Assembly: GCF_009914755.1 (NCBI RefSeq)
Contig: NC_060927.1
Source: the human T2T-CHM13v2.0 reference genome, Homo sapiens
DNA length: 64,000 nt
Direction: 5' to 3' (one strand)
The translations under genes and the position numbers were made by a program. Shown in pieces: positions 1 through 12,824 of the stretch. Each line of letters starts with the position of its first letter. The stretch's first letter is position 1. The notes beneath the pieces were generated by a model, which saw only the letters and a list, made by a program, of their open reading frames with translations, did no database searches and was not told the origin of the DNA.

Positions 1-365
1 CGTACAATGGAATATTACTCAGTCTTAAAAAGGAAGGAAATTCTAACATATGCCACAACATGGATAAAACTTGGAAACATGCTAAGTGAAATAATCCAGT
101 CACAAAAAGACCAACACTGCATGATTCCACTTTGATAAGGTGCCTAGATAGGTTATACTGATAGCAGTCAAATTCATAGAGACAGAAAGTAGAATGATGG
201 TTGCCAGGGACTAGGTGTATGGGGGAAGAGAATGGGGAGATCTTGTTCAATAAGGATCGAGTTTCAATTTCAGAAGAAGAAACGAGGTCTGGAGATGGGT
301 GGTGATGGTTGTACAATGATGTAAATACACTTAATGCCACCAAACTGTACACTTAAAAATTGTTA
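1..365 (+). mobile_element. Old L1 (L1MB-type) 3' end/3'UTR fragment; interrupted by AluJ, resumes ~1004-1053
   Basis: Typical L1M 3' motifs: tacaatggaatattactcag, atgctaagtgaaataa, gtcaaattcatagagacagaaagtagaatg, aactgtacacttaaaaat; tail aatggtaaattt...ttttacc resumes after the Alu. Confidence 0.9.
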
Positions 366-1003
<638 letters not shown>

Positions 1004-1074
1004 AATGGTACAATGGTAAATTTTTTTTACACACATTTTACCAAAATGAAAAAGTAAACTGAAAAAGAAAAGCA

Positions 1075-1596
1075 ACAGTCCCCTCTGCCTTTTCCCTTGC
1101 ACTGGGGCACTTTCTGCAATGTGACGTTGCTGAACCTTCCACTAAGAGGCAGAGTCCATCTCCCCTGCCCTCAGATCTGGGTTGGCTCTGGGACTGGCTT
1201 TGACCCACAGAATGTGTTGAAAGTGACATTCTGGGATGTGGGAGTTGAGGTCTTAAGAGGGTTTGGAGCTTCTACTTGCACCCTGGGAACCCATACACCA
1301 TGTAAAAAAGCCCAGCCTAGCTGGCTGGAGAGATAGTCCACATGCAGATAAAGGCCCTCACAGGATGAGAGGCCACGTGGAGAAAAACCAAAGTACCTCA
1401 GCCACCAGTCAGCACCAGGAACCCAGTCAAAGTACTCAGCCACCTTGGATTCTCCAGAACCAGAGGAGCTTCCCCAACCAACAGCACATGGAGCTGAGCC
1501 TTGCCCCAATTTCTGAGAGTAAACAATGGGTCAGTTGTTGTTCTAAGCTATTACATTTTGAGGAGGTTTGCTTCACAACAATAGATAACAGAAACA
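1075..1596 (+). mobile_element. MLT1 (G/H-like) MaLR LTR
   Basis: gactggctttgacccacagaatgtg; 3' end gttgttctaagctattacattttgaggaggtttgcttcacaacaatagataacagaaaca. Confidence 0.8.
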
Positions 1597-1662
1597 ATCA
1601 TGCAAATATATGCCATTGAATAGAGAATTTCCCCTCACCTTATTCTACTTCTACTGTTTATT

Positions 1663-1860
1663 ACATTCATCAAGTAATTCACACATATTCATCGAATACC
1701 TACTGTGCAGCACGATTTTCTTGGCATTTGAGATCTATTGTACAATCAGTCAAAGGCCTCTGCCCTGAGAAAGCTCACATTTTAAAAGGAGGGGATGGCA
1801 GTAAATAATAAAAAAGTAGACAGTATGTGACAAAGGAAGTGCAATGGAAAAGGAAACAGT
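1663..1860 (-). mobile_element. L2 3' fragment
   Basis: cattcatc...gaatacctactgtg...ctctgccctgagaaagctcacatttt. Confidence 0.6.
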
Positions 1861-2310
1861 AGAACAAAATGTTAAGGATTGGCATCAGAAGAAATACAGA
1901 TACAGGCATTTCTACTTAGTGGGCCTGTACCAAGTCTCTTCTGTGAAAAGATAATTCATCTTTTCTTTCTTATAGTTTTTGTTATCTGACCTTTTCTGAT
2001 AATGCTTTAGTTTTAATTATATGTAATCACTGTGCTAATGGAAATAAATATCGGCATCTCAGTTCATTATCTTGATTACAGAAAAAAAATTACATGTTCT
2101 CTCATACTGCTACTACTATTTTAAAGAAACTTCATCTGTAGGCAAAACCTTGAGGACCTGGAGATCCAAATACTGCAGGATTCCCATCCCAAATCTAAAA
2201 GGATCTCTGTGGATGTTTTATAGTCTTTATGCTGAACTTTTATCCAACATTGACATTTCATCACGCTTAATGATTTAACTTCTCACAGTCTATCAGTTTT
2301 ATATAAATTT

Positions 2311-2470
2311 GTGGTTAAGACCACAAGCTTTGGTATCAGACAGGCTTTGGTTTGAGTTCAAGTTCTACCATCTACAACCTGGTTGACCTGTTCCCTAAAC
2401 CTCAGTTTCCTGATTTATAAAATGGGAAAATTTTACCAAGCCTCACAGAGTTAAGGATTAAATGAGATGG
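2311..2470 (+). mobile_element. MIR
   Basis: gtggttaaga...cctcagtttcctgatttataaaatggg...aggattaaatgagat core. Confidence 0.8.
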
Positions 2471-2519
2471 GCTAAAACATAACTTTCAGCTTGTGACCAC
2501 AAAATAAGTATGTGATTAT

Positions 2520-2937
2520 GATTTTATATAATATGTAAAAAATATATTTTATAAATACATACAATATATATAAAATAAGTATATATTATATATATAATAT
2601 ATAATATAATATATATAAAATATATTATATATATTATATATAAAATATATATAATATATATAAAATATATATAATATAATATATATAAAATATATATATA
2701 ATATAATATATATAAAATATATATAATATATATAATATATAAAATATATAATATATAAAATATATAAAATATATTAAAAATATATTATATATATAAAATA
2801 TATAATATATAAATTTTAAAATATATAAAATATATATTATATATAAATTTTAAAATATATATATTTTAAAATATATAAAATATATATTATATATAAATTT
2901 TAAAATATATATATTTTAAAATATATAAAATATATAT
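2520..2937. repeat. AT-only low-complexity/(TA)n block with an exact 50-bp tandem duplication (2821-2870 = 2871-2920)
   Basis: Almost purely A/T; the repeat period can be read directly. Confidence 0.95.
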
Positions 2938-3023
2938 TTCTCCAGGCCTTTTTGAACTGAGAACATATGTTCATTTTCCTTTGAATCTTTTATTCAAACT
3001 CTAATTTTAAAAATATTTATTTA

Positions 3024-3347
<324 letters not shown>

Positions 3348-3386
3348 TCATTACTTGTTAACATACATGTTTTCCAAAACAAAAAA

Positions 3387-3456
3387 ATATATTATATATA
3401 TATATATAATATATATATTATATATATATATATATATATAATATATATATTATATA
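3387..3456. repeat. Interrupted (TA)n microsatellite
   Basis: Direct reading. Confidence 0.9.
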
Positions 3457-3463
3457 AAACCAA

Positions 3464-4359
3464 TGTATATATATTGGTTTTCATCCATGGCTTCTAGCTT
3501 ATAGCTCCCATGACTCTTGTTGGTCTTTTGTTTTAATGTTGGAGCACTTTAAGCCTCAGAAGCAGGCCTCAGGAACCAGAATCTCTCTCTCTCGCCTTTT
3601 CTTGTCCTCGTTTCACCTATCCAAGGCCGGACTCTGATTGTGAGTGAAAAGACTCACAATCCAGAGAGCATCCTGCCCCATACCCTAGAAGAAGGAATGC
3701 TACACAGAGAGGTGGCCAAGACAAGTCTGAGCAAACAGGCCTTGCTGGGTTTAGATCATGTGCTTTTTGACCAATCACATCTCTACACACTTGTCAATCA
3801 TGCCTATGTAATGAAGCCTCTATCAAAACCCAAGAAGACAGGGTTTGGAGAGCTTCTGGATAGCTGAACACATGGAGGTTCCTGAAGGGTGGCGTGCCCA
3901 GAGAGGGCATGGAAACTCCACACCCCTTCCCCCTTACCTCGCCCCATACATCTCTCCATCTGTATTCTTTGTTTTATCCTTTATAATAAACTGGTAAACA
4001 TAACTGTTTCCTGAAGTTCTGTGAGCTGCTCCAGCAAATTAAATGAACCCAAAGAGGGGGTCGTGAGAACCCCAACTTGAAGCCCGGCAGTCAGAGGTTC
4101 CAGAGGCCCAGGCTTGCAACTGGTGTCTAGGAGTGAGGGGCAGTCTTGGGGACTGAGCCCCAACCTGTGGGACTCAACACTATCTCTAGGTGGACAGTGT
4201 CAGAATTAACTGGAAGGACACCTAGCTGGTGTCTGCTGCTTGGTGTCTAGGGAAAACCAGCCCCATATTTGGTCACAGAAGTCTTCTGGGTTGATGATTT
4301 TTGTGGTGGTGGTATGAGAGTAGAGGAAAACTTGGTTTAAGAGAGTTTTTCCCTAAACA
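3464..4359 (+). mobile_element. MER21-family solo LTR
   Basis: ttatcctttataataaactggtaaac...gttctgtgagctgctccagcaaatt...gagggggtcgtgagaacccc...gacagtgtcagaatt matches MER21; tg...ca ends. Confidence 0.8.
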
Positions 4360-4391
4360 ATAAGCATTAGATAAATGTTACCTATTATCAT

Positions 4392-4658
4392 TTTCTTTTC
4401 TTTCTTTTCTTTTCTTTTTTTATTGAGACAGAGTCTCACTCTGGTGCCCAGGGTGGAGGGCGGTGCTGCAATTTTGGCTCACTGCAACCTCCGCCTCCCA
4501 AGTCTCTGGGATTGCAAGTGTGTGCTACCATGCCCAGCTAATTTTTGTATTTTTTGTAAAAATGGGGTTTCACCATATTGCCCAGGCTGGTCTCAAACTC
4601 CTGGGCTCAAGCGATCTACCCTCCTTGGCCTCTCAAAGTGTCGGGATTACAGGCGTAT
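4392..4658 (-). mobile_element. AluJ, slightly 5'-truncated, with an internal deletion
   Basis: Perfect 17-bp TSD atgttacctattatcat (4375-4391; 4659-4675). Confidence 0.93.
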
Positions 4659-5104
4659 ATGTTACCTATTATCATGTGATATTTTTAGAAGGTATTCTCA
4701 GGCATAAAAATCATGATAAAGAACAACAGTCAGGGCTTGACTGTATAACCATGGAATGACTCATCATTGGACACTTCACAGGCCTCTGCAGATCCTACTA
4801 CGAGCATGAGGCCAAAGAGTTCTCTTATCAGATTCAAAGAAAGCTCAAGCCTACAGGTACCTCCCTGGACTAACTGCATTCTGAAGCTAAAGTGACCTTT
4901 TAATTATGCATGACCCCTGTGCAGGATCAATCAGAAGGAGTCAAGTTGAAAGCAGAATCAGATAGAAGACAAGACACTCTCCCATATATCGGAGTATTTA
5001 AGACCCTCCTATCTAGAATAGTCCTGAGACTGAACCCTAGAACTTCCTCTGCCCTCTAAAAAGGGAGTATTTCTGACCCTGGATTAGCAACCTACTGATG
5101 AATG

Positions 5105-5670
5105 TAGGTGATTTTCTTTTGGCATGGAGGAGTTGGGTGCTGTCTGGCATCTGAACTCCTTTTGTTTAAAGAATTCTGCTTTATGAGGGGAAAACAGAGC
5201 CTGTTTCACACCAGAGAAAGTGAAAACTCAAAACCTCACTTACCAACTCTCCTGGTAGCTAGGGCACTGGCAGGAACAATCACATGAATCTGCAGAGTCT
5301 AGAATCTGGGTCTAATAGTACAAGAGATCAGGGATGGGGGTGATGCTGTGGGTCTTTTAACTGACCATCACATGGGCTCCCAGGATCAAAAGGGCGGAGT
5401 CCGGGTCAGCACACCAAGGTATGTGAGCTGAAGCCTCCACCATTGCAAAGTGGAGCTGCGTCCATGTGGACCCATTCTTGGGCATGATTCTGGCTGTCTG
5501 ACTCAGTAGAGTGATTTTTTTATATCAGTCTTCACTCAGAGCCTGGTTCCCCAGCCTTCCTAGAGATTCACTGAGCTTCACGATATCCTTTGAATAATTA
5601 TCTTACTGCTTAAATCAGTCTGACTTCGTGACTGTACTGTTGCTTGCAGCTAAGAACCCTGACTGATATA
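5105..5670 (+). mobile_element. LTR33-like (ERVL) LTR
   Basis: 3' end tatcctttgaataa...tgcttaaatcag...tgttgcttgcagctaagaaccctgactgata. Confidence 0.7.
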
Positions 5671-5694
5671 ACCACCTTAAAACAGCTAACACTG

Positions 5695-5885
5695 GGTGAA
5701 TTGCTGACCACATGCCAGGCACTGGGCTTGGCATCTCATGCATGGTACCTTAATTAATTCTCACAACCACACTGCAAAGAAACCATTCTTGTCTCTATCT
5801 GAGATGAGGAAACTGTTACGTGGTTGAAATGGAATTTGACCACAGGGTCCTGTAGTACAAAAGCACACTCAATTAACTGCTAGGT
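5695..5885 (-). mobile_element. MIR
   Basis: tgccaggcactg...ttaattctcacaac...agatgaggaaactg. Confidence 0.7.
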
Positions 5886-6313
5886 CATCTTCTAACTCCA
5901 ATCCCTTGTTATCTAGGTCTTCAAAGCAAGAACTTCTATTGTACCATTGTACCTACTATATGCCAGGAACTGTTCTAGGCATTGATGATAAAGCAGTGAT
6001 CAAAACAAGCAAAATTTCATGGCCTGATTTATGCTTATATTGCTGACTGGTTTTCTTTGATGATCCTATGGTCCGTTTCTGACCCCAGCCTAACAACTTA
6101 ATCTAACTCCACCTAACCTCACAATCCCAGCTCAGTAGAAACAGCCCAGACTAACAATAACATGCATATGTTGTGGCAAACATGAAGTTGCTCCAGATGT
6201 GGCTGAACCATCACAGAGCCTGCATGCAGTCAGAATCCTTCTCAACACAGCTCTATGGGTAGGCACTCCAGAATGATCAAATCTGCCGTGGGAGATGAAT
6301 TACAATTGCCATC

Positions 6314-6882
6314 TCTATTAGATTTTAATTGCTATATAACACATTATCACAAATTTAGTTGCTTAAGGCAATACCCATTTATTGCCTCAAAGTTCTGTGG
6401 GTCAGAAGTCCAAGGGGCTTGGCTGGACTCTCTGCTTAGTGTCTCACAGGACAAACCAAGCACTGGCAGACTGGCTTCTTATCTAGAGGCTCTGGGGAAG
6501 AGTCTGCTTCCAAGTTTTGAGGCTGTTGGCAGAACTGACTTCTTTGGAGTTGCAGGAGTAAGTCCCCATTTTCTTGCTGATTGTCAGTCAGGGATCACTC
6601 TCAGCCCCTACAGGCCACTCTCAGGTTGCTGTGTGTGGCCCCTCCATTTACAAAGCCAGCAAGAGCATGTCAACTTCTTCCTGTGCTTTGTCACTTTCTG
6701 ACTTCCCCATGTCCTGCCAAGCAGAGAAATCTCTTTGCTGGTTACTCTTTGCTTTCATGATTGGATCAGGCCAAACCTGGAAGATCTCCCTTGTGCTTTT
6801 TGCCACATAACATAACACAATCATGGGACTAACACCAGGAATGAAGGTCACGGAAACCATTTAACATTCTGCCTACCGTATC
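6314..6882 (-). mobile_element. MLT1 (E/F-like) MaLR LTR
   Basis: taacacattatcacaaatttagttgcttaa...gttctgtgggtcagaagtcc...gaggctctggggaagagtctgcttccaag. Confidence 0.85.
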
Positions 6883-6979
6883 ACACTTAGCCTAGGCCTA
6901 TTTATTGTATAGCTACAAGTTTAAATAGTTTGGACACAACCAACCTCATTGAGTTGGGTTTTATGTGTTTACTTAAAAG

Positions 6980-7510
6980 CAGGGCTACTCTCAAAGTGAC
7001 ATGAGAGCAATGGCTTGAAGGACACAAGCAAATATGTGACATGGGTGTCTGGGAGAAGGGCATTCCAGGGAGAGGGAGCTGCGAGAGCAAAGTCCTGAGG
7101 CGGGAACTCAGCTACCATGCTTGAGGAACAGCAAGGAGGCCAGGCGTCTGCGGCAGAGTGAGTGAGGCAGTGGCCACTAGGAGACAATGTTGCTGAGGTT
7201 GTGAATCCATTGGGGTTCTGAATCACACAGGCCCTACTAGGGCCTTGCAGGACAAAGTAAGGAACTTCAGCTTTAAATCTGAGAAAACTGGGAGCCTCTG
7301 TGTGACTGTATTCTGAATTACAATTGGGAGCATCACTCTGGCTACCATGCTCACATGAGACTGTAGACAGGCAAGCTGAGAGAGCAGTTATGGGGTTGTG
7401 GGAATAATTCAGACAAGAAACGATGGTGACTCAGATCAGGTGGGTAACAGAAGGGCTAACTTAAAGTGGTCACATTCTGAATGTATTTTAAAGGTGACAC
7501 CCACAGGATG
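6980..7510 (-). mobile_element. L2 fragment
   Basis: gggagaagggcattccaggg...gcaaagtcctgagg...gaggaacagcaaggaggcc...catcactctggct. Confidence 0.85.
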
Positions 7511-7534
7511 ACAGAAAGATAAAACAAAAGCAGA

Positions 7535-7740
7535 AAGGATTTTGGAGTCAGTAAGACCTGTTTTAAATTCTGGCTTTAGCATCTGTAAGCTACGTATCTT
7601 TGGGCAAACCACTAGAACTTTCCATACTTACTTTATTGGGTGGTAAAATAAAATAGGGCATTCACACAGAACTCATGGGTTTTGGTGAGAATTAAATACG
7701 GTAATATGTTCTGGAATCAAGCAGGTGCTCCAAAATTGTC
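7535..7740 (+). mobile_element. MIR
   Basis: ttttggagtcag...tttgggcaa...gtgagaattaaat. Confidence 0.65.
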
Positions 7741-7924
7741 AGTTTTGTTTTCCTAGTTGCTTAATAGTGCATGCTTGCTATTAAATGCCAGATCCCTCCT
7801 CCTCTTATTATAACCTCCTATTTTTCCTAGCCCTGCTCTTAAAAGAATACATAAAACCCAACTCAAGTTACAGTTATAAATGGGGAGGGGAGAACCAACA
7901 CAGATAATCTGTCACACCCTACAA

Positions 7925-8295
7925 TTTTTTTTCTTGACCTTTTAAGTCCAGGGGTATATGTGCAAAATGTCAAGGTTTGTTACACAGGTAAACATGTGCC
8001 ATGGTGGTTTGCTGCACAGATTATCCAATCACCTAGGTATTAAGCCCAGCATCCATTAGCTATTATCCTGATACTCTACCTTCCCCAGCACCTCCCCAAC
8101 TGGCCCCAGTGTGTGTTGTTCCCTCCGATATGTCCATGTATTCTCATCATTCAGCTCCTACTTATAAGTGAGAACAGGAGGTGTTTGTTTTTCTGTTCAG
8201 GTGTTAGATTGGTGAGAATAATGGCTTCCAACTCTACCCATGTTTCTGCAAAGGACATGATCTCATTCCTTTTTATGGCTGCATAGTATTCCATG
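7925..8295 (-). mobile_element. 5'-truncated L1PA (about PA10-PA16) 3' end
   Basis: ggtaaacatgtgccatggtggtttgctgcac...aaggacatgatctcattcctttttatggctgcatagtattccatg; TSD cacaccctacaa (7913-7924) / cacatcctacaa (8296-8307). Confidence 0.93.
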
Positions 8296-8413
8296 CACAT
8301 CCTACAAAAGGTTAAATAAGGGTGTGAGAGGCTCAAAGAAGCCCCCAAGTAGGAAAAACATCTTAAAGCTTCTGGCCAGTGGGTATAAAAGTTGGAATTA
8401 AAAAGTTGGTTTT

Positions 8414-8723
<310 letters not shown>

Positions 8724-9439
8724 CTAATGGGACCCCCTCTGGCTATTAGAGTATCTCTCCAGCATGGAGGAATGGCTCACTTTAAATGAGCTGTTTGTTC
8801 AATGTGAACAAACTGAACACTTGTTAAAAGAAAATATTAAAAGATACTTAAATCTTAGGTGTAGGGCTTTGATATGGGGGTCTTCATCACAGGCTTCCCA
8901 GGTTCCAATAGAATGAATCCCACTAATGTAGTAGGAGGCATTAAGAAATCAGGCACCTGCTACTGATGTGGCAGAAGTGTTAAGGTCTTTATTATTACAT
9001 TTTCCTTACCACTTAACTAGCTGTGGCACTTTGGACAATTAGCTTGCTCCTCATGTAATTACTGAGCAAAGTAATGATATATGTAATATGCTGTATAACA
9101 GTGCCCAGTACCTAGCAAGTAATCAATAAATGGTTAACCATTATTATTATCAACATTTCTATCAATAAAAATAGTTTCTGGGCGTGGGACTTTCACTCAG
9201 AGCCTTGCTCACAGATGCACAGCTCTATTTTTTCCTTTTTTCTCTCTCTTTCTTTCTGACATAGGAAGTGTCAAATTTAGTACACAGATCCAAGAAAAAA
9301 CTTGAGATGATTTCGTAGAAGGCCATTTAATAACACTGCTGCCCTCAAGTTTGACTTCTTTCCTTCTGGTGCTAAATATACTAATTCCTCTTTCCCTACC
9401 CACTGCCACCAACAAGCATACTCTCCATTGACCCGTCTG

Positions 9440-9575
9440 AGTGACTCACACAGTTTGCTGTGATGCATCTGGAGCTTTTCAGATTCCTGCCTGCTCCCAA
9501 ACCAACACAGATTTGTGTCATCAGCAAATTCCACCAACTTGACAGTGAGAGAGCTGACATTTACATAGCCACAGC
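9440..9575 (-). mobile_element. Ancient CR1/L3-clade LINE reverse-transcriptase remnant
   Basis: Translation YVNVSSLTVKLVEFADDTNLCWFGSRQESEKLQMHHSKLCE resembles CR1 ORF2 FINDL..SKFADDTKL....CEELQ.DL.KL. Confidence 0.55.
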
Positions 9576-10099
9576 TTTAGGCAGCAGTGACCAAGCTGGT
9601 GAATTTCTAATGAGAAAGGTGTGGGTCTTCAGGAATGAATATTTGACAAGTGAAAGTTTCCAGAGGAAAATTAATCATTTTAACCCATTCTCAGTCATTT
9701 TCCTTTCCTTTGTTCTTTGTGTTTCTCTTACCTTACACTTTTTTTTTTCTGGCCTATAGAGCTATAATTGACTACCAGGGTTTCTTCTAAGGGACGAATC
9801 AGGGTGCAGGAGTGTGAATGGAAGGAGGTAGGTAAATGGTTTACCAGACGAGGCTTGTTGTAAGATGGGCAGCTGTAGAGGGAAAATGGCAGAATTGCCT
9901 TGCTATCCAAATTATTGAGCATCACAAACAATAATTTACAAACATGCAAGGTGGTGCTAAGTGAAGAGCAATACTACTTATGCCGGTCCAACCTCCTTTC
10001 CCTCTCTGGAAAGAGCAGCCAAAGTTTCCCTTGGGAACATGCTCCTTCCCCAGTTTTGGTGCGAATGTCAGTCGACCTCCATCCTTCCTTGCTACCAGG

Positions 10100-10345
10100 C
10101 ACATGGTCCCAGTGAAGCCCATTTAGTTCTTTCTTGTGTGATTAAGAATTTTAGGCAGAGGCACAGGTAGAAGAAGTTGCACCAACAAATATTAGTTCGT
10201 ACTTCCTTGATCCTCAGGCCCTGTTCTTCTGAAGTCTGCTTTTTCTGCTTTGTCTTTGAAACTGTGAGGCAATCTATATCTTTCCTCTTTACTGAAGTTA
10301 GCAGAATCAGTTTTGTAGCTTGCAATCAAAGAATCCAAAATGATA
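10100..10345 (+). mobile_element. Degenerate ERVL/MaLR LTR 3' fragment
   Basis: aagttagcagaatcagttttgtagcttgcaatcaaagaatcc resembles the LTR16/LTR33/MLT1 3' terminus. Confidence 0.45.
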
Positions 10346-11779
10346 TAAGCTCTAAATCTAGCCTTTCCAAGGACAGCATATCAGTTCACAAAAGGAATAA
10401 AATGAGCATGACTGTATTTACCAGGTGTGCACTATTATTTATGGCAGGCGAGGAGCTATTTTCAAGACAGCAGGAAAATTGGCACTTAGGCTATCTGAGG
10501 GTTAATAACTCTCATTCTGTCTGCTAGTTCCTGGGGAAGAGTGGAGATGAGAGGGAAGCAGAAGGGCACAGATGTAACTGATAGACTAGGACTCTAGTGG
10601 GATTAATTAACAAAGCTTGTGGGTTTTTATCAGCATACAAGAAAGGAACAGTTTGAAAGAAAGAGAGATGTATGTCAGAACTATATAGATATGGATTTGC
10701 AAGTGTAGCATAATAGAGATATCTTAGTCAAGGATTAGGTTCTGAAGTCAGAATATAAAGCAAAAATAATGTAGACTTAAAATTAACTTACACCATCTCT
10801 GGAATCTCTAATAGGGTACAATAAAATTGATGATTCCATACAGGGATATATTATTATAACAGTATTACATAGACTAAAATATAAAATGTATATAGGAGTA
10901 CATATGCAGAGTGTAATTTTACATTATTGTTACTTACATAGGACAGACAGAATCGAAAACACATGAAATCACTTTGAGAAGCAAGTGGGTTGCATAAGAC
11001 TAGATGCACATCTTTTGTCTCACATCCAACGAGAGACAAACCTTACACATAGAATGGTAGACAGAATCACCTGTAGTATTGTGTTATTTTTATTTTGGGA
11101 GGCAGGTGAGTGGCCAACTATCCAGATAATGCAAGTTAAAAGAGTATCTAACATAATGCCTGTGATCTTAAGAAGCAATTTACTTTATCAAGGAGACTTG
11201 GCTGCTATTAGGTAAGCTACCACCAGTTTGCATAACATTGGAAACTTCATGAGGTCTTCACAAAGTTAGACTTCCTGTAGGCCTTGAACACTAAGACATA
11301 TGGATTATTCTAAAATTCTTTGCTTGTTTTTGCATCCCTGAATAAAAAACACATACAACTCTATGAAAATATTTGACAAAATGCTAAGAGAAAATTCTGA
11401 ATGGAATTAAACACACAATATGAAGAAAGAGATGAAATGGAAAAAGGTAGATACCATGATGTGAATTACTGGTTATAGCATCACAAAATAACTTAGGCCT
11501 GAAAGAAACCTTAAAGATAATGTAATTTAATTTTTTAAACCAAAATGCCTAGTGCATAGAAGGTACTCAGAAAAGGCCCGCTGAGTGAATAACTTGCCTT
11601 TTTTTTAAATTAGGAAACAACAGTGACTAAAATAATTATTGAGTCCACAGGCATAATAATTAGAAAAAAGAAGAAAAAGGCAAAAAAATAGGGAGGCAAA
11701 AAATATGAGAAAATAAATGGTGACCCTCCTTTTGACATAAAAATATCAGTTAAGAAATATAGAATGAATTTGTATTCAT

Positions 11780-12655
11780 TATTTTTGGAAAATTACCATT
11801 TTGCAAGTCCCATTGTAATAATTTATTTAAGCAAGAATTACCAACGGATCCTACAAAAATTGGGTGGAAAGTTTTTAGAGAACAAGATATTTTTTTCACA
11901 CAGATTACTTGTTAACTATAGTTGATAAAAGTTACCTCTGCAATGGAGAGATCTGGCAGACATCCCCTTAATCAAGTGTTCAAACTAAGCATTACCAATT
12001 AGAGGACAAATAGACATTATGTACTTCCAGTGACAATGTAAGGGAAGTACACAGCATCACCCATGCAACATTCTTGCCTAAAAATGTTTATCCTGATTCG
12101 AGTCATAAAGAAACAGACAAATCCAGAATGCAAATCATTCTATAAGGTAACTAGCCGGGACTCTTTAAAAAGTGTCAATGTCACAAAAGACAAAGAAACA
12201 GTGAAAATTTTTCTACTTTATAAGAGATTAGAACGTGACTACTAAACGTAATATGTAAACCTTGATTGAATCCTGAGGTTTTTTTTTTTAAGGCATGAAA
12301 GGACATTTGGAGGACTACTGGGGAGATTTGAATATAGACTCTATATTAGATATTATTGAATTAATGTAATATTTCTTGGGTGTGAAAATGGTATTGTTGT
12401 TACATAGGAGAATATCCTGGTTCATAGCTTATACATCCTAAAATTCTTCAGGCTAATGAATCAAAATGTCTGCAAATTACTTATAAATGATTGAGCTCTG
12501 AAAAAGAGTATACACACACGGACAGAGAGAGAACAAGAAAGCAAATAGAGCAAAATGTTAATGATCAGTGAATGAAGGGGAAGGGTATAAGGGTATTCTT
12601 GTGCTGTTGTTTCATTTAAGTAATTTTGACACTTTTTCACAATTAAAAGTTGCAG
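11780..12655 (+). mobile_element. Old L1 (L1MC/L1ME-type) 3'UTR
   Basis: atggagagatctggcagacatcccttaatcaagtg...acacagcatcac...cagacaaatccagaatg...aaaatgttaatga. Confidence 0.8.
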
Positions 12656-12824
12656 AAAAATAAAGAATCAAGTTCAGAGAAATCTTTAAATGACACAACC
12701 AAGTTGCTGTCCATATGGTCAATTTGTAGCTTAGCCTATCCTTTGGTCTTCCCTCAGACTTCAATAAGGATATTCTCATTAACCCAGAAGCTGTCAAGGC
12801 CTAATAAAATTCCAAGTACCTATG

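Noticed and set aside
2821-2937. CRISPR-like repeat array
   Set aside because: Simple AT tandem duplication with no spacers and no cas genes; the DNA is eukaryotic
6255-6701. 148-aa ORF
   Set aside because: Lies within an MLT1 LTR; no recognisable domain
9277-9537. Functional reverse transcriptase gene
   Set aside because: Only ~40 aa resemble RT, there is an in-frame stop just upstream and no other RT motifs; kept only as a fossil
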